In this document: piece by piece, positions 9,815 to 19,785 of the stretch
How positions within the stretch are numbered: the stretch's first letter is position 1
Layout of the letters: each line of letters starts with the position of its first letter
Assembly: GCA_963814585.1 (NCBI GenBank)
Contig: CAWFDF010000010.1
Location: forward strand, 1-64,000
Reading direction: 5' to 3'
Origin: an uncultured delta proteobacterium
GTDB lineage: Bacteria > Myxococcota > Myxococcia > Myxococcales > Anaeromyxobacteraceae
DNA length: 64,000 nucleotides
The notes under the pieces: model-generated
Told to the model about the DNA's origin: nothing
Seen by the model: the letters and a program-made list of their open reading frames with translations, nothing else
Database searches by the model: none
Translations under genes and position numbers: made by a program

Positions 9815-10560
9815 GGCGCGAGGCGACGGTGCTGGTGGTGGCCGGGCTGGACCCGACCGGCGGCGCCGGGCTGGCCGCCGACCTGGAGGCGCTCGGCGAG
9901 GTCGGCGCCCGGGGCTGGCCGGTGGCGGCGGCGCTCACCGCGCAGGGGCCCCGCGGCGTCCGCGGCTGGAGCCCGGTGCCGGTGGAGATGCTGCTGGCCC
10001 AGGTCGACGCGCTGCTCGACGGCGCGCCCCGGCGGCCCGGCGCGGTCAAGACCGGGATGCTGGGGACGGCCGCGCTGGCCCACGCGCTGGCGGGCCGGCT
10101 CGCTCAACGGGACCTGGCGCGGTCGCCGCTGGTGGTCGACCCGGTGCTGCTCTCCTCCTCGGGCGCGCTGCTGCTCGACCTCGCCGACGCGTCGCCCGCC
10201 GAGGCCCTCGGCCCGCTGCTGGCCCGCGCCCGGGTGGTGACGCCCAACCTCGACGAGCTGCGGGCGCTGACCGGCCTGGCGGTGGGCGACGACGAGGCGG
10301 CGGTGGCGGCGGCGCGGACGCTGGGCGCCCGGGCGGTGCTGGTGAAGGGGGGCCACCGCCAGGGCGCGCCGGTCGACCTGCTGGTGGAGGGGCGGCGGGT
10401 CACCCGGTTCACCGGGCGACGGCGGCGCGGGACGGCGCGCGGCACCGGCTGCCGGCTGGCCTCGGCGCTGGCCGGGCTGCTGGCGCGGGGCGCCTCGCTG
10501 GAGGAGGCGGTCCGCGGCGCCAAGAAGGTGGTGGAGCGGTACCTCGACGCGAACCGCTGA
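9811..10560 (+). CDS. thiD: Hydroxymethylpyrimidine/phosphomethylpyrimidine kinase
   Basis: AGLDPTGGAGLAADL, VKTGML, VVDPV, TPNLDE, KGGH, RGTGC; ATGA overlap with previous gene. Confidence 0.9.
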   Translation: MRREATVLVVAGLDPTGGAGLAADLEALGEVGARGWPVAAALTAQGPRGVRGWSPVPVEMLLAQVDALLDGAPRRPGAVKTGMLGTAALAHALAGRLAQRDLARSPLVVDPVLLSSSGALLLDLADASPAEALGPLLARARVVTPNLDELRALTGLAVGDDEAAVAAARTLGARAVLVKGGHRQGAPVDLLVEGRRVTRFTGRRRRGTARGTGCRLASALAGLLARGASLEEAVRGAKKVVERYLDANR

Positions 10561-10609
10561 TCGGCTGCGACCGGGCTCCCGGGCCGGTGGCCCAGGACGC
10601 CTGGGGGCG

Positions 10610-12013
10610 CTAGCCGGGCCCGGGGCGGCGATCCATCTCGGCGAAGAAGGTGTTGGTCCGGAAGAAGACCAGGTCGATGGTGGCGAGCGGGCCCTGCCGC
10701 TGCTTGGCGACGATGAGCTGCACCTGCTGCGTGTCGCCCGGCGGCCCGGCCTCCCGGTCCTCGTCGTCCTGGCGGTGGAGGAACATGACGATGTCGGCGT
10801 CCTGCTCGATGGCGCCCGACTCGCGCAGGTCGGAGAGCATGGGGGGCTCGCCCTTGCGCTTCTCCACGCCGCGGTTGAGCTGGGAGAGCGCCACGATGGG
10901 GATCTTGAGCTCGTTGGCCAGCGCCTTGAGCGAGCGGCTGATGGTGGCGATCTCCTGCTCGCGCGACCCGTTCATCCGGTCGCTGGGGGCGTGCATGAGC
11001 TGCAGGTAGTCGACCACCACCAGGTCCAGCCCGCCCTCGCGCTGGATCTTGCGGCACTTGCTGCGCAGCTCCACCGGGGTGAGGACGAAGTTGTCGTCGA
11101 GCCAGATGGAGGCGGCGGCGATGCGCTCGGCGTGGTGGAAGATCCGGTCCCACTCGTTGCGCCCCAGCTGCCCCTGCGAGAGCTTGCGCCAGTCGAGCTT
11201 GGCCTCGGCGGCCAGCAGGCGCAGCGCCAGCTGGTCGGAGGGCATCTCCAGCGAGAAGAAGGCCACCTTCCGGCCCTTGAGCGCGGCGTTGGCGGCCAGG
11301 TTGAGGGCGAAGGCGGTCTTCCCGACCGAGGGGCGCGCCGCGATGATGGAGAGCGTGCCCGGCTGCAGGCCGAGCGTGTTCCTGTCGAGCGAGGCGAAGC
11401 CGGTGGGCACGCCGGTGATGAAGGACTTCCCCTCGGCGACCCGCTTCTGGATCGCCTCCAGGTTCTCCACCGCCGCCATCATCGGGTCCTTGATGCGGCG
11501 GAGCGTGTCGGAGGAGGTGCCCTGGGCGGCGCCGAAGACGTCCTGCTGGGCGGCGTCGAGGAAGGACTGGACGTTGGCCCCCGACTCGTAGCCCTGCTCC
11601 ACCACCCGCTGGGCGGTGAGCATCATCTTGCGGCCGCGGGCCAGGTCCTGCACCACGCGGGCGTAGTGCGTGACGTTGGCGGCGACGCCGACGCTCCGCG
11701 ACAGCGAGAAGACCAGCTCGCGCGGCACCGCGGTGCCGAGGAGGCCGCGCGCGCCGAGCCGGTGGTTCACCATCACCGGGTCGATGGTCTGGGCCTCCTT
11801 GGCCAGCTCCTCGCACGCGGCGTACACGTGCTGGTGCGCCAGCAGGTAGAAGTCGCCGGTCCTGAGGAGCGCGGCGACGAGATCGAAGGCGTTCTCGTCG
11901 ATGAGGATGGCCCCGAGCACCGCCTGCTCGGCCTCGACGTTGTGCGGGAGATCGCGGGCGCCGCGGAGCGGGACGGGGGCGTCGGGGCGGCGCTGCGGCT
12001 CGTTGTCGGGCAT
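10610..12013 (-). CDS. dnaB: Replicative DNA helicase
   Basis: PHNVEAEQAVLG, ARPSVGKT, FSLEM, VDYLQL, LSQLNR, DLRESGAIEQDAD. Confidence 0.97.
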   Translation of the reverse strand: MPDNEPQRRPDAPVPLRGARDLPHNVEAEQAVLGAILIDENAFDLVAALLRTGDFYLLAHQHVYAACEELAKEAQTIDPVMVNHRLGARGLLGTAVPRELVFSLSRSVGVAANVTHYARVVQDLARGRKMMLTAQRVVEQGYESGANVQSFLDAAQQDVFGAAQGTSSDTLRRIKDPMMAAVENLEAIQKRVAEGKSFITGVPTGFASLDRNTLGLQPGTLSIIAARPSVGKTAFALNLAANAALKGRKVAFFSLEMPSDQLALRLLAAEAKLDWRKLSQGQLGRNEWDRIFHHAERIAAASIWLDDNFVLTPVELRSKCRKIQREGGLDLVVVDYLQLMHAPSDRMNGSREQEIATISRSLKALANELKIPIVALSQLNRGVEKRKGEPPMLSDLRESGAIEQDADIVMFLHRQDDEDREAGPPGDTQQVQLIVAKQRQGPLATIDLVFFRTNTFFAEMDRRPGPG

Positions 12014-12234
12014 CGGCGGGGCGCAATGTAACAGCCACCCCTGTCTGCGGCATGGTGGGTGATCGGTGGAAGATGTCGGGTTTTCGAGAGGATACCTCCG
12101 TGCATAGGCGGGGGAACGAGCGTGGACGGAGCGGGGAGAAGCGGGCCGCGGCCATTTCGGCGCTCGCGCCGGCCCCGCTCGTTGTAGCGTCTCGGCGGAT
12201 GATCCGGCACCTCGGCGTCCGAGAAGGAGTGCAG

Positions 12235-13776
12235 ATGGAACGGTCCAGGGCCATCCGGGTCGGCGTGGTCGCGGCGCTGCTGCTCCTGGCGACGAGCGCC
12301 TCCGGACAGGCGTCCAGCGGTCCTCCGGCCCCGACGCCGGCCGCCATCGAGCCCGGGCCCGCCAGGCCGGCCGCCGCCGAGCCGCCCCGGCCCACCGCGC
12401 CGCTCGTCTACTCGGAGCTGCCCCGGCTCATCGGGGAGAGGCCGGCGCCGCCGGACCCGGAGGTCAAGGCGCTGCAGGAGAGGCTCCGGTCGCTCGAGGC
12501 CCAGCTCGAGAAGGTGGAGGAGGCCTCGAAGCAGGACCACGACCGGCTCCGGTTGCTGGAGCAGCAGATGCCCCAGGTGGAGGCGACGACCGAGCGGATC
12601 AAGAAGCTGGAGGCGGCCACCCGGGAGCTCCCCGAGGCGGCCGCCGTGGTGTCGGCGGGAGACTTCCCCGGCTCCCTGCGCATCCCCGGCACCGACGCCG
12701 CGCTCAAGATCGGCGGGCAGGTGCGGGTCACCCTGGTGGACAGCTTCGCCGCCATCGGCACCGGTGACCGCTTCGTCACCTCCTCGATCCCGGTCGAGGG
12801 GACGGCCACCGCGGCCCAGGGCCCGCGGCTGACGATGACGGCGATCCCGAGCCGGTTCAACATCGACGTCCGCTCGCCCAGCAAGGTGGGCGACGTGCGC
12901 TCCTTCCTGGAGGCCGACTTCGCGGGCTCGAGCGGCACGCTCCGGCTCCGCCACGCCTTCCTCCAGTGGGGCAAGCTGCTCGTCGGCCAGACCTGGTCCA
13001 CCTTCGCCGACCCCGAGGCCGAGCCCGACGGTATCGACTTCGAGGGGCTCAACGCCATCGCCCTCTTTCGCCAGGTCCAGGTCCGCTACAGCCAGCCCAT
13101 CACCGAGAAGGTGCGCCTGGCCGTGTCGGTGGAGAACCCGAAGCCCTCGGTGTCCGGCGCCACCGGGGTGAGCAAGCTCCCGGACCTGGTGCTCCGGCTC
13201 CGCTGGGATCCCGGCCAGCCGCTGGTCAGCTTCGGGCTGCTCCGCAAGGTCGGGCACGTGCAGGCGGCCGTGGTGCTGCGCCAGATCCGGGCCTCGCCGG
13301 AGAGCATGCCCGACCGGGCCGCCTTCACCCCTGGCTACGGCGTCGGCGCCAGCGGCCGCCTCAACACCGGCTGGATCTTCGAGGGCGACGACCTCACCTT
13401 CTCCGCCTACGCGGGGATGGGCATCGGTCGGTACATCACCGACCTCGACAGCTTCGGGGGTCAGGACGCCGTCTTCGACGTGGCGACCGGGAGCCTGGAG
13501 GCGCTGCCGGTGGTGGCGGGCTACCTCGGCTACGAGCTCGGCTGGACCAAGAAGCTGCGCTCGGCGCTGACGGCCGGCTGGGTCAAGGTCTCGAACCTCG
13601 ACATCCAGGCGGCCAGCTCGCTCCGGGAGACCGTGCGCGGCTCGGCCAACCTCATCTGGTCGCCGCTCTCCCGGCTCGACTTCGTCGCCGAGTTCCTGTG
13701 GGGTAAGCGCTGGAACAAGGACGGCGCCTGGGGGGAGTCCACCCAGCTCCAGATCGGCACCCGCTACTTCTTCTGA
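12235..13776 (+). CDS. DcaP-like outer-membrane porin with N-terminal coiled coil
   Basis: AAGGAG RBS, signal peptide, IPGTDAALKIGG, FLEADF, LRLRHAF, GQTWSTF, C-terminal RYFF. Confidence 0.8.
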   Translation: MERSRAIRVGVVAALLLLATSASGQASSGPPAPTPAAIEPGPARPAAAEPPRPTAPLVYSELPRLIGERPAPPDPEVKALQERLRSLEAQLEKVEEASKQDHDRLRLLEQQMPQVEATTERIKKLEAATRELPEAAAVVSAGDFPGSLRIPGTDAALKIGGQVRVTLVDSFAAIGTGDRFVTSSIPVEGTATAAQGPRLTMTAIPSRFNIDVRSPSKVGDVRSFLEADFAGSSGTLRLRHAFLQWGKLLVGQTWSTFADPEAEPDGIDFEGLNAIALFRQVQVRYSQPITEKVRLAVSVENPKPSVSGATGVSKLPDLVLRLRWDPGQPLVSFGLLRKVGHVQAAVVLRQIRASPESMPDRAAFTPGYGVGASGRLNTGWIFEGDDLTFSAYAGMGIGRYITDLDSFGGQDAVFDVATGSLEALPVVAGYLGYELGWTKKLRSALTAGWVKVSNLDIQAASSLRETVRGSANLIWSPLSRLDFVAEFLWGKRWNKDGAWGESTQLQIGTRYFF

Positions 13777-13998
13777 CGGCGCATGGCACCGCGCGACCCT
13801 GCTCGAGGCCCGCCTCCGGTCGAGATCACCTCGACGTTCGCCCCATCCAGCGCCGCGCCCCAGGCTGGAGCCCCTGCTCCCTGGGTGGTAGCGTTCCCCG
13901 CGCCAGGTGGACCTGGAAGGGGCGAAGACGCAGCTCGCGGGAGCATCTCGCCGCTCGTACTGGATCGCGGGACGAAGCGCAGGAGGGAGGGGAGCGGC

Positions 13999-15315
13999 AT
14001 GACGGTCCGGGCGGGATGGTGGCTGTCCAGCTTCTGGGCCCTCCTGCTGGGCATCGTCCCGGCTCCGCCGGCGCTCGCCGAGGACCCCTGCGCCGCCGAC
14101 GTGAGGCAGCTCTGCCCCGACGTGAAGCCCGGGGGCACCCGCCTCGCGACCTGCCTCCGGGAGAACCTGGCCAGGCTCGCCCCCACCTGCCGCGAGAAGC
14201 TCGACGCCGACGCCCTGCGGGCGAGGAGGTTCATCCAGGACTTCGGGACGGCCTGCCGCTCCGACCTGGAGCAGTACTGCGCCGGCGTCGAGCCGGGCGG
14301 GGGGCGCGTGTTCGGCTGCCTGGCCCAGCACCAGTTCGAGCTGACGTCCTCCTGCGAGTCCCTGGTGAGCCGGCTCGTCGAGGCCCGCGAGCGGGTCGCC
14401 GCCTTCCGGAAGGCGTGCACGGCCGACGCCGAGAGCCTCTGCCAGGGCGTGCCGCGCCAGGCCGGGCCCCTCCTGGAGTGCCTCCAGGCCAACGAGGCGC
14501 GCCTGTCGAGCGGCTGCAACGCCGCCGAGCTGCGCGAGGCGGTGGAGGCCGGGACCCTGGTCGACACCATGGAGGAGATGAGCAGCCAGGATCGGGTCCG
14601 CGAGGCCCTCCAGATCCTGCAGGGGCTCGACTCGGTGGCCTTCTCGCGCAGCCAGATCCTCCTCCAGTACGACAGCTTCGAGGCGCTCAAGAAGCAGGCC
14701 AACGCCAGCCGCCTCCTCTTCAACCCGCAGTTCGTCTTCGGGGAGCGCCGCGAGTTCTCCCTCCAGCTCAAGGTCCCGGTGGTGACGCTCTATCCGGACG
14801 TCGCCGCGGCCCCGACCCAGTCCGGGCTGGGAGCGGTCGTCACCTCCCTGGCCTGGAACTTCCACACCCAGGGGAAGCTGCGCCAGTACCTGGGGCTCGG
14901 CCTGCAGTGGCAGACGGGCTCGCGCCCGGCCCTGGGCGCACCCTGGGCGCTGACGCCCTCCTACGCGGTCGCCGTGGGCCTGGCGAGAGGCGTGTCGCTC
15001 ACCGTGCAGGCCGCCTGGCTCCGCTCGGTGGGATCGAACGCCGGTTACCCCGAGCAGAACCTGCTGATCTTCGAGCCCATCCTGGTGTTCGCCCTGCCCG
15101 GCAGGTCGTTCCTGGCGCTCGACACCCGGCTCGCCCAGGACTTCGTCAGCGACACCTTCCTGCCGCTGGTGAAGGGCGTGGCCGGCCTGTTCGTGGACCG
15201 GCAGAAGTCGCTCTCCATCTCGGCCTGGTACCAGGCGGCGCTCACCGAGGAGGCCCGGGCCGAGACCTTCAGGTACGAGGTCGGGCTCAGCCTGGCCTAC
15301 TACTTCGACTGGTGA
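13999..15315 (+). CDS. Exported protein: three 4-Cys repeats (GLG1/Cys-rich FGFR-like) plus putative C-terminal beta-barrel
   Basis: CAADVRQLC, CRSDLEQYC, CTADAESLC repeats each followed by CL...C; amphipathic strands ending LAYYFDW. Confidence 0.7.
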   Translation: MTVRAGWWLSSFWALLLGIVPAPPALAEDPCAADVRQLCPDVKPGGTRLATCLRENLARLAPTCREKLDADALRARRFIQDFGTACRSDLEQYCAGVEPGGGRVFGCLAQHQFELTSSCESLVSRLVEARERVAAFRKACTADAESLCQGVPRQAGPLLECLQANEARLSSGCNAAELREAVEAGTLVDTMEEMSSQDRVREALQILQGLDSVAFSRSQILLQYDSFEALKKQANASRLLFNPQFVFGERREFSLQLKVPVVTLYPDVAAAPTQSGLGAVVTSLAWNFHTQGKLRQYLGLGLQWQTGSRPALGAPWALTPSYAVAVGLARGVSLTVQAAWLRSVGSNAGYPEQNLLIFEPILVFALPGRSFLALDTRLAQDFVSDTFLPLVKGVAGLFVDRQKSLSISAWYQAALTEEARAETFRYEVGLSLAYYFDW

Positions 15316-15422
15316 CCGGCGACGCGGCCGCTCCGGGCCAGGATGGCAAGCGGATCCCCGAGGTCCGGTGGGCGATGGCGCTGGTCGCCCGCTGGTACGA
15401 CTGACGACTGGCCCCGCCTCCA

Positions 15423-17075
15423 TTGGCGGTAGAATCGGCCGCGGACTTCCCCTCGATGCTCGATGCCATGATGCCCCTGCGGTCGGACCAGCTCCCCACC
15501 CCCCTCGAGAGCCGTCTCGAGTTCGAGACGCTGATCTCCGACACCTCGGCCAGCCTCCTCGCGGCCCCGCCGGACCAGGTCGAGACCGCCGTCGAGCGCG
15601 CCCTGCACCGGGTCCGGGAGTTCTTCAGGGCCGACCGCTGCGCCCTGCTCTCGGTCAGCGCCGACCAGCAGCAGGTCCACGTTCGCCTGGCCTCCTATGC
15701 GGAGGGCGTCTCACCGGTGCTTCCCGGCGTCAACCTGGCCCCGATGTTCACCTGGGCGGCGCACCGGCTGCTCGTGGAGCGGCTTCCGGTCCGGATCACC
15801 CGCGTGGATGAGCTCCCTCCCGAAGCCGCGGCCGATCGCACGGCCCGGGAGGCGATGGGGCTTCGCTCCGCCCTGTCGCTTCCCGTCGAGACCGGGGCGG
15901 AGATCCGTCACCTCATCGTCCTCCAGACCGTGCACCGGGAGCGCGAATGGCCCGACGCCCTGGTGGTGCGCCTCCGCGTCCTCGGCGAGCTGCTCGCCGG
16001 CGCCCTGGAGCGGATGGAGACGCTCGCCGAGCTTCGCAGGAGCGAGGCGCTCCTGGCCACGGGCGCGGAGATCGCCGGCGTCGCCTTCTACGAGGTGGAC
16101 CTGGAACGGGGCGTCGCCAACTTCGACGGCCGGCTCCGCGACATGTGCGGCGTTCCCCCGGACCGGGAGGAGGCGCTCCAGCCCTTGGGCCACTGGATGG
16201 AGCACCTGCATCCCGACGACCGCCCCCGGGTGCTGGCCCGCCGCCAGCTGCTGCACGCCGGAACCCTGGAGGAGCTCTCCGAGCAGTACCGCTACCTGCA
16301 CCCGACCCGCGGGCCGAGGTGGTTCCATCACCTGGCTCGCGTCACCAGCCGGGACGCGAGCGGACGCGCGCTCGTCACCCACGGCGCCCTGCGAGACATC
16401 ACCGACTCCAGGAGGGCGGAGGACGAGCGCTCCGACCTGGGCCGGCGCCTGCTCCAGGCCCACGAGGACGAGCGCACCCTGCTGGCGCGCGAGCTGCACG
16501 ACGACGTGACCCAGCGGCTCGCCGTGCTGGCCATCGACATCGGCCGCGCCGAGCTCTTCACGGCGGACGGGGCGCAGGCCGAGCGGATGCGGGCGGTTCG
16601 CGAGGAGCTGTCGCGTCTCAGCGAGGACGTCCACTCGCTCGCCTACCAGCTGCACCCGGCCGTCCTGGAGGAGCTCGGCCTGGTCGAGGCGCTGCGGACG
16701 GCCGGCGAGCGCTTCAGGCTCAGGGGCGGGGTCGAGCTCTCGGTGGTGCTCGCCCCCGTGGACACGGGCCTCGCGAAGGACCTGGCCCTCTGCCTGTTCC
16801 GCGTGGCGCAGGAGGCGCTCAACAACGTGGCCCGCCACGCCAGGGCCAGCAGCGCCAGCGTCACCCTCCGGGACTGGGACGGTGGGCTGCTCCTCTCCGT
16901 CCGCGACGACGGCGTCGGCTTCGATTCCTCGAATCCGGAGACGCGGAGGAGCCTCGGCATGGCGAGCATGCGCGAGCGGGTGCGGCTGGTGAACGGCACG
17001 CTCGAGATCGAGAGCGCGCCCGGCCGGGGCACGACCATCGTCGCCTGGGTCCCGGTGGGAGGAGCGGCGCCATGA
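15423..17075 (+). CDS. Cytoplasmic sensor histidine kinase (GAF-PAS-HisKA_3-HATPase)
   Basis: HLHPDDR, ARELHDDVTQ, QEALNNVARHA, DDGVGF, SAPGRGT; no TM segment seen; start uncertain (15423/15454/15468). Confidence 0.9.
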   Translation: MAVESAADFPSMLDAMMPLRSDQLPTPLESRLEFETLISDTSASLLAAPPDQVETAVERALHRVREFFRADRCALLSVSADQQQVHVRLASYAEGVSPVLPGVNLAPMFTWAAHRLLVERLPVRITRVDELPPEAAADRTAREAMGLRSALSLPVETGAEIRHLIVLQTVHREREWPDALVVRLRVLGELLAGALERMETLAELRRSEALLATGAEIAGVAFYEVDLERGVANFDGRLRDMCGVPPDREEALQPLGHWMEHLHPDDRPRVLARRQLLHAGTLEELSEQYRYLHPTRGPRWFHHLARVTSRDASGRALVTHGALRDITDSRRAEDERSDLGRRLLQAHEDERTLLARELHDDVTQRLAVLAIDIGRAELFTADGAQAERMRAVREELSRLSEDVHSLAYQLHPAVLEELGLVEALRTAGERFRLRGGVELSVVLAPVDTGLAKDLALCLFRVAQEALNNVARHARASSASVTLRDWDGGLLLSVRDDGVGFDSSNPETRRSLGMASMRERVRLVNGTLEIESAPGRGTTIVAWVPVGGAAP

Positions 17076-17722
17076 GCCGTCCAAAGCGTCCACGCGTGCT
17101 GCTCGCCGACGACCACCTCATGGTGGCCGAGGCGCTGAAGAGCCTGCTCGCACCCGAGTTCGACCTGGTGGGCGTGGTGGAGGACGGCCTCGCCCTGCTC
17201 GAGGCGGCCGCGACGCTCGGGCCGGACGTGATCGTCGCCGACGTCACCATGCCCCGCCTCAACGGGATCGACGCCCTGGTCGAGCTGCGGAGGAGGGGAG
17301 ATCGGGTCCCGGTCGTCTTCCTCACCATGCACCGCGACGTGAGCTTCGCGCGGCGCGCGCTCGAGGCCGGGGCCTCCGGCTTCGTGCTCAAGCACTCGGC
17401 GTCGGTCGAGCTGGTCTCGGCCATCCGCGCGGCGCTCGAGGGCACGACCTACGTCACGCCCCAGCTGGCGGGCGAGGTCCTGGAGGCGATGAAGCGGGAC
17501 TCGGGGCGAGCCGGCGAACCGATCGGATCGCTGACGCCGAGGCAGCGGGAGGTCCTGCAGCTGCTGGCGGTGGGGCGCTCGGCCAAGGAGATCGCCTCGA
17601 CGCTCTCCATCTCGACCCGGACGGTGGAGTTCCACAAGTACCAGATGATGGAGACGCTCGGGCTTCACACCAGCGCCGAGCTGGTCCACTTCGCCATCAA
17701 GCAGGGGCTGGTCGAGCTCTGA
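17072..17722 (+). CDS. NarL/FixJ-family response regulator (REC + LuxR HTH)
   Basis: VLLADDH, VADVTMP, GFVLK, LTPRQREVLQL, TVEFHK; ATGA overlap with kinase. Confidence 0.93.
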   Translation: MSRPKRPRVLLADDHLMVAEALKSLLAPEFDLVGVVEDGLALLEAAATLGPDVIVADVTMPRLNGIDALVELRRRGDRVPVVFLTMHRDVSFARRALEAGASGFVLKHSASVELVSAIRAALEGTTYVTPQLAGEVLEAMKRDSGRAGEPIGSLTPRQREVLQLLAVGRSAKEIASTLSISTRTVEFHKYQMMETLGLHTSAELVHFAIKQGLVEL

Positions 17723-17809
17723 CCTCGCGGCCGCCTGCCCCTGCCCCGCGGAGGACCGGACTCGATGCCGAGGTCCTGCCCGGGGCCCACGCCATGGCTC
17801 ATCCGGGCT

Positions 17810-17827
17810 CCCCGTAGTTTCCCGAGG
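17810..17827. promoter_or_regulatory. Putative regulator site, copy 1 (CCCCGTAGTTTCCCGAGG)
   Basis: Near-identical to 18332-18349 and to the reverse complement of 29209-29226; intergenic. Confidence 0.6.
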
Positions 17828-17915
17828 GTGCGAAGCTCCGGTTTCCGCGTAGCCTCCCCGCCACTCGGGTCCCGGCCCTCGTCGGGACGGGCCCGTTCGC
17901 GGAGACCACGCGGCG

Positions 17916-18293
17916 ATGTCCGAGAAGCCACCGAGCTGCGTCCTCCTGGCAGGCCGTCACCACGGTCTCACCGAGGGCGTGCGCACCCTGCTCGAGACGG
18001 AGTTCGGGGCCGTTTTCATGGTCGCCGACACGGCGTCCTTCCTCGAGGGGGCCGGGCGCCTCCAGCCCGACGTCGCCATCGTGGACCTGTCGCTGGCCCA
18101 GGACGGCGGGCTGGGGTGGCTGGGCGCGGTGCGCCATCGCTGTCCTGGCCTCAAGGTGATCGTGCTCAGCGTCCACGACGAGCAGAGCGTGCGCCAGGCG
18201 GTGATGGAGGCAGGCGCCGATGGCTTCGTGCTCAAGCGGGAGATCGCGACCGGCCTGCTGCCGGCGATCGACCGCCTTCGCCAGGCGGGCTAG
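17916..18293 (+). CDS. Single-domain response regulator
   Basis: PDVAIVDL, VIVLSVHD, GADGFVLK; no output domain. Confidence 0.85.
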   Translation: MSEKPPSCVLLAGRHHGLTEGVRTLLETEFGAVFMVADTASFLEGAGRLQPDVAIVDLSLAQDGGLGWLGAVRHRCPGLKVIVLSVHDEQSVRQAVMEAGADGFVLKREIATGLLPAIDRLRQAG

Positions 18294-18331
18294 CTCCAGC
18301 GCCCGTGGCCGCTCCACGCCCCTTCGGGGCA

Positions 18332-18349
18332 CCCGGTAGTTTCCCGAGG
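18332..18349. promoter_or_regulatory. Putative regulator site, copy 2 (CCCGGTAGTTTCCCGAGG)
   Basis: 17/18 identical to copy 1; about 75 nt upstream of the DUF1329 gene. Confidence 0.6.
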
Positions 18350-18422
18350 TCCCAGCGGCACGACACTCACCTACCCTGCGCTCGAATCTGCGTCCCGACC
18401 GCGCACGCGAGGTGCCAGCCCC

Positions 18423-19774
18423 ATGCGAAGACTGAGCCGTGGCCATCCTGGCGCTGCTCCCCGCGGTGGGGGGCATCCGGGCCGACACGACTCGTCGACT
18501 CCCGCGGAGCAGGCCGCCCGGCTCGGCGCCGACCTCACGCCGGTGGGCGCCGAGCGGGCCGGCAACGCCGACGGCAGCATCCCGGCCTGGACCGGCGGGC
18601 TGCCGAAGGCCGCGCCCGTCGACTGGGCCATCGGCTACGCCGATCCGTTCGCCGACGAGCGCCCGCTCTTCACCATCACCGCGGCCAACGCCGAGCAGTA
18701 CCAGGCCCTGCTCAGCCCCGGCCACCTGGCGATGCTCAAGCGCGATCCCCGCACCTTCCGGATCCACGTCTACCCGACGCACCGCAGCGCCGCCTACCCG
18801 GAGGAGGTGCTGGCCGAGGTGAAGAAGCACGCCGGGGTGGCGAAGACCGACGGCTACCACGTGCGCGACGTCGGCCACAGCGCCGTGCCGTTCCCCGTCC
18901 CGGCGGACGGCCTGCAGGTGATCTGGAACCACGTCTTCCGCTGGCGCGGCGGCTCGTCCGAGCGGCAGTTCGTCTGGGCGCCGGTGGCCCCCAAGGGGAA
19001 CTACTTCACGGTGAAGGTGCGCCAGAGCATCTCCTTCGACCAGCACGGCTACATGGAGCAGCCGCGCGAAGGGCGGCTCTACAACGCCACCGCGCTCTTC
19101 CTCTCGCCGCCCGTCGGCGATGGGGTTCCGCGCCGCCACCTGGGAGCCGATCGACCCGGTGGAGGAGCCGCGGGCCCGCTGGCTCTTCATCCCCCAGACG
19201 CTCGACACCCGGCGCCTGCCCTCCTACGAGTACGACACCGTCGAGCTGCTTCACCGGCGGGCTGCGCACCGCCGACCAGAACGACGGGTGGAACGGGGCC
19301 CCCGACCTCTACGACTGGAAGCTGCTCGGGAAGGTCGAGCGGCTCATCGGCTACAACGCCTACAAGCTGGCCGACCGGCGCCTCCGCTACGACGACATCA
19401 TCAAGGCGCACCACCCGGACGCCGAGCTGCTGCGCTACGAGCGCCACCGGGTCTGGGTGGTCGAGGCCACGGCGCGCAAGCACCACAAGTTCTACCGCCG
19501 CATCTTCTACCTCGACGAGGACACCTGGCAGGTGGCCCAGGAGGAGATCTACGACCGCGCCGGCAACCTCGTGAAGTTCGGTGACCACCAGATGATCCAG
19601 TATCCCGACGTGATGGTGCCCTGGTACGCGGCCACCATCCACCACGACCTCAAGTCCGGCGCCTACCTGATCTCCAACCTGGACAACATGGAGCCGTTCC
19701 CGAGGCGCTGGGGCTTCAAGGGCCAGCTGGTGGACTACCTGCCGAGCAGCCTGCGCGGCCTGGGCCTGCGGTGA
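18423..19774 (+). CDS. DUF1329 family exported protein, several apparent frameshifts (~18434, ~18495, ~19117, ~19247)
   Basis: LTPVGAERAGNADGSIPAWTGG, VYPTHRSA, WNGAPDLYDWKLLGK, RYERHRVWVVEAT, FYLDEDTW spread over three frames. Confidence 0.85.
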
Positions 19775-19785
19775 GGGGATCGACC

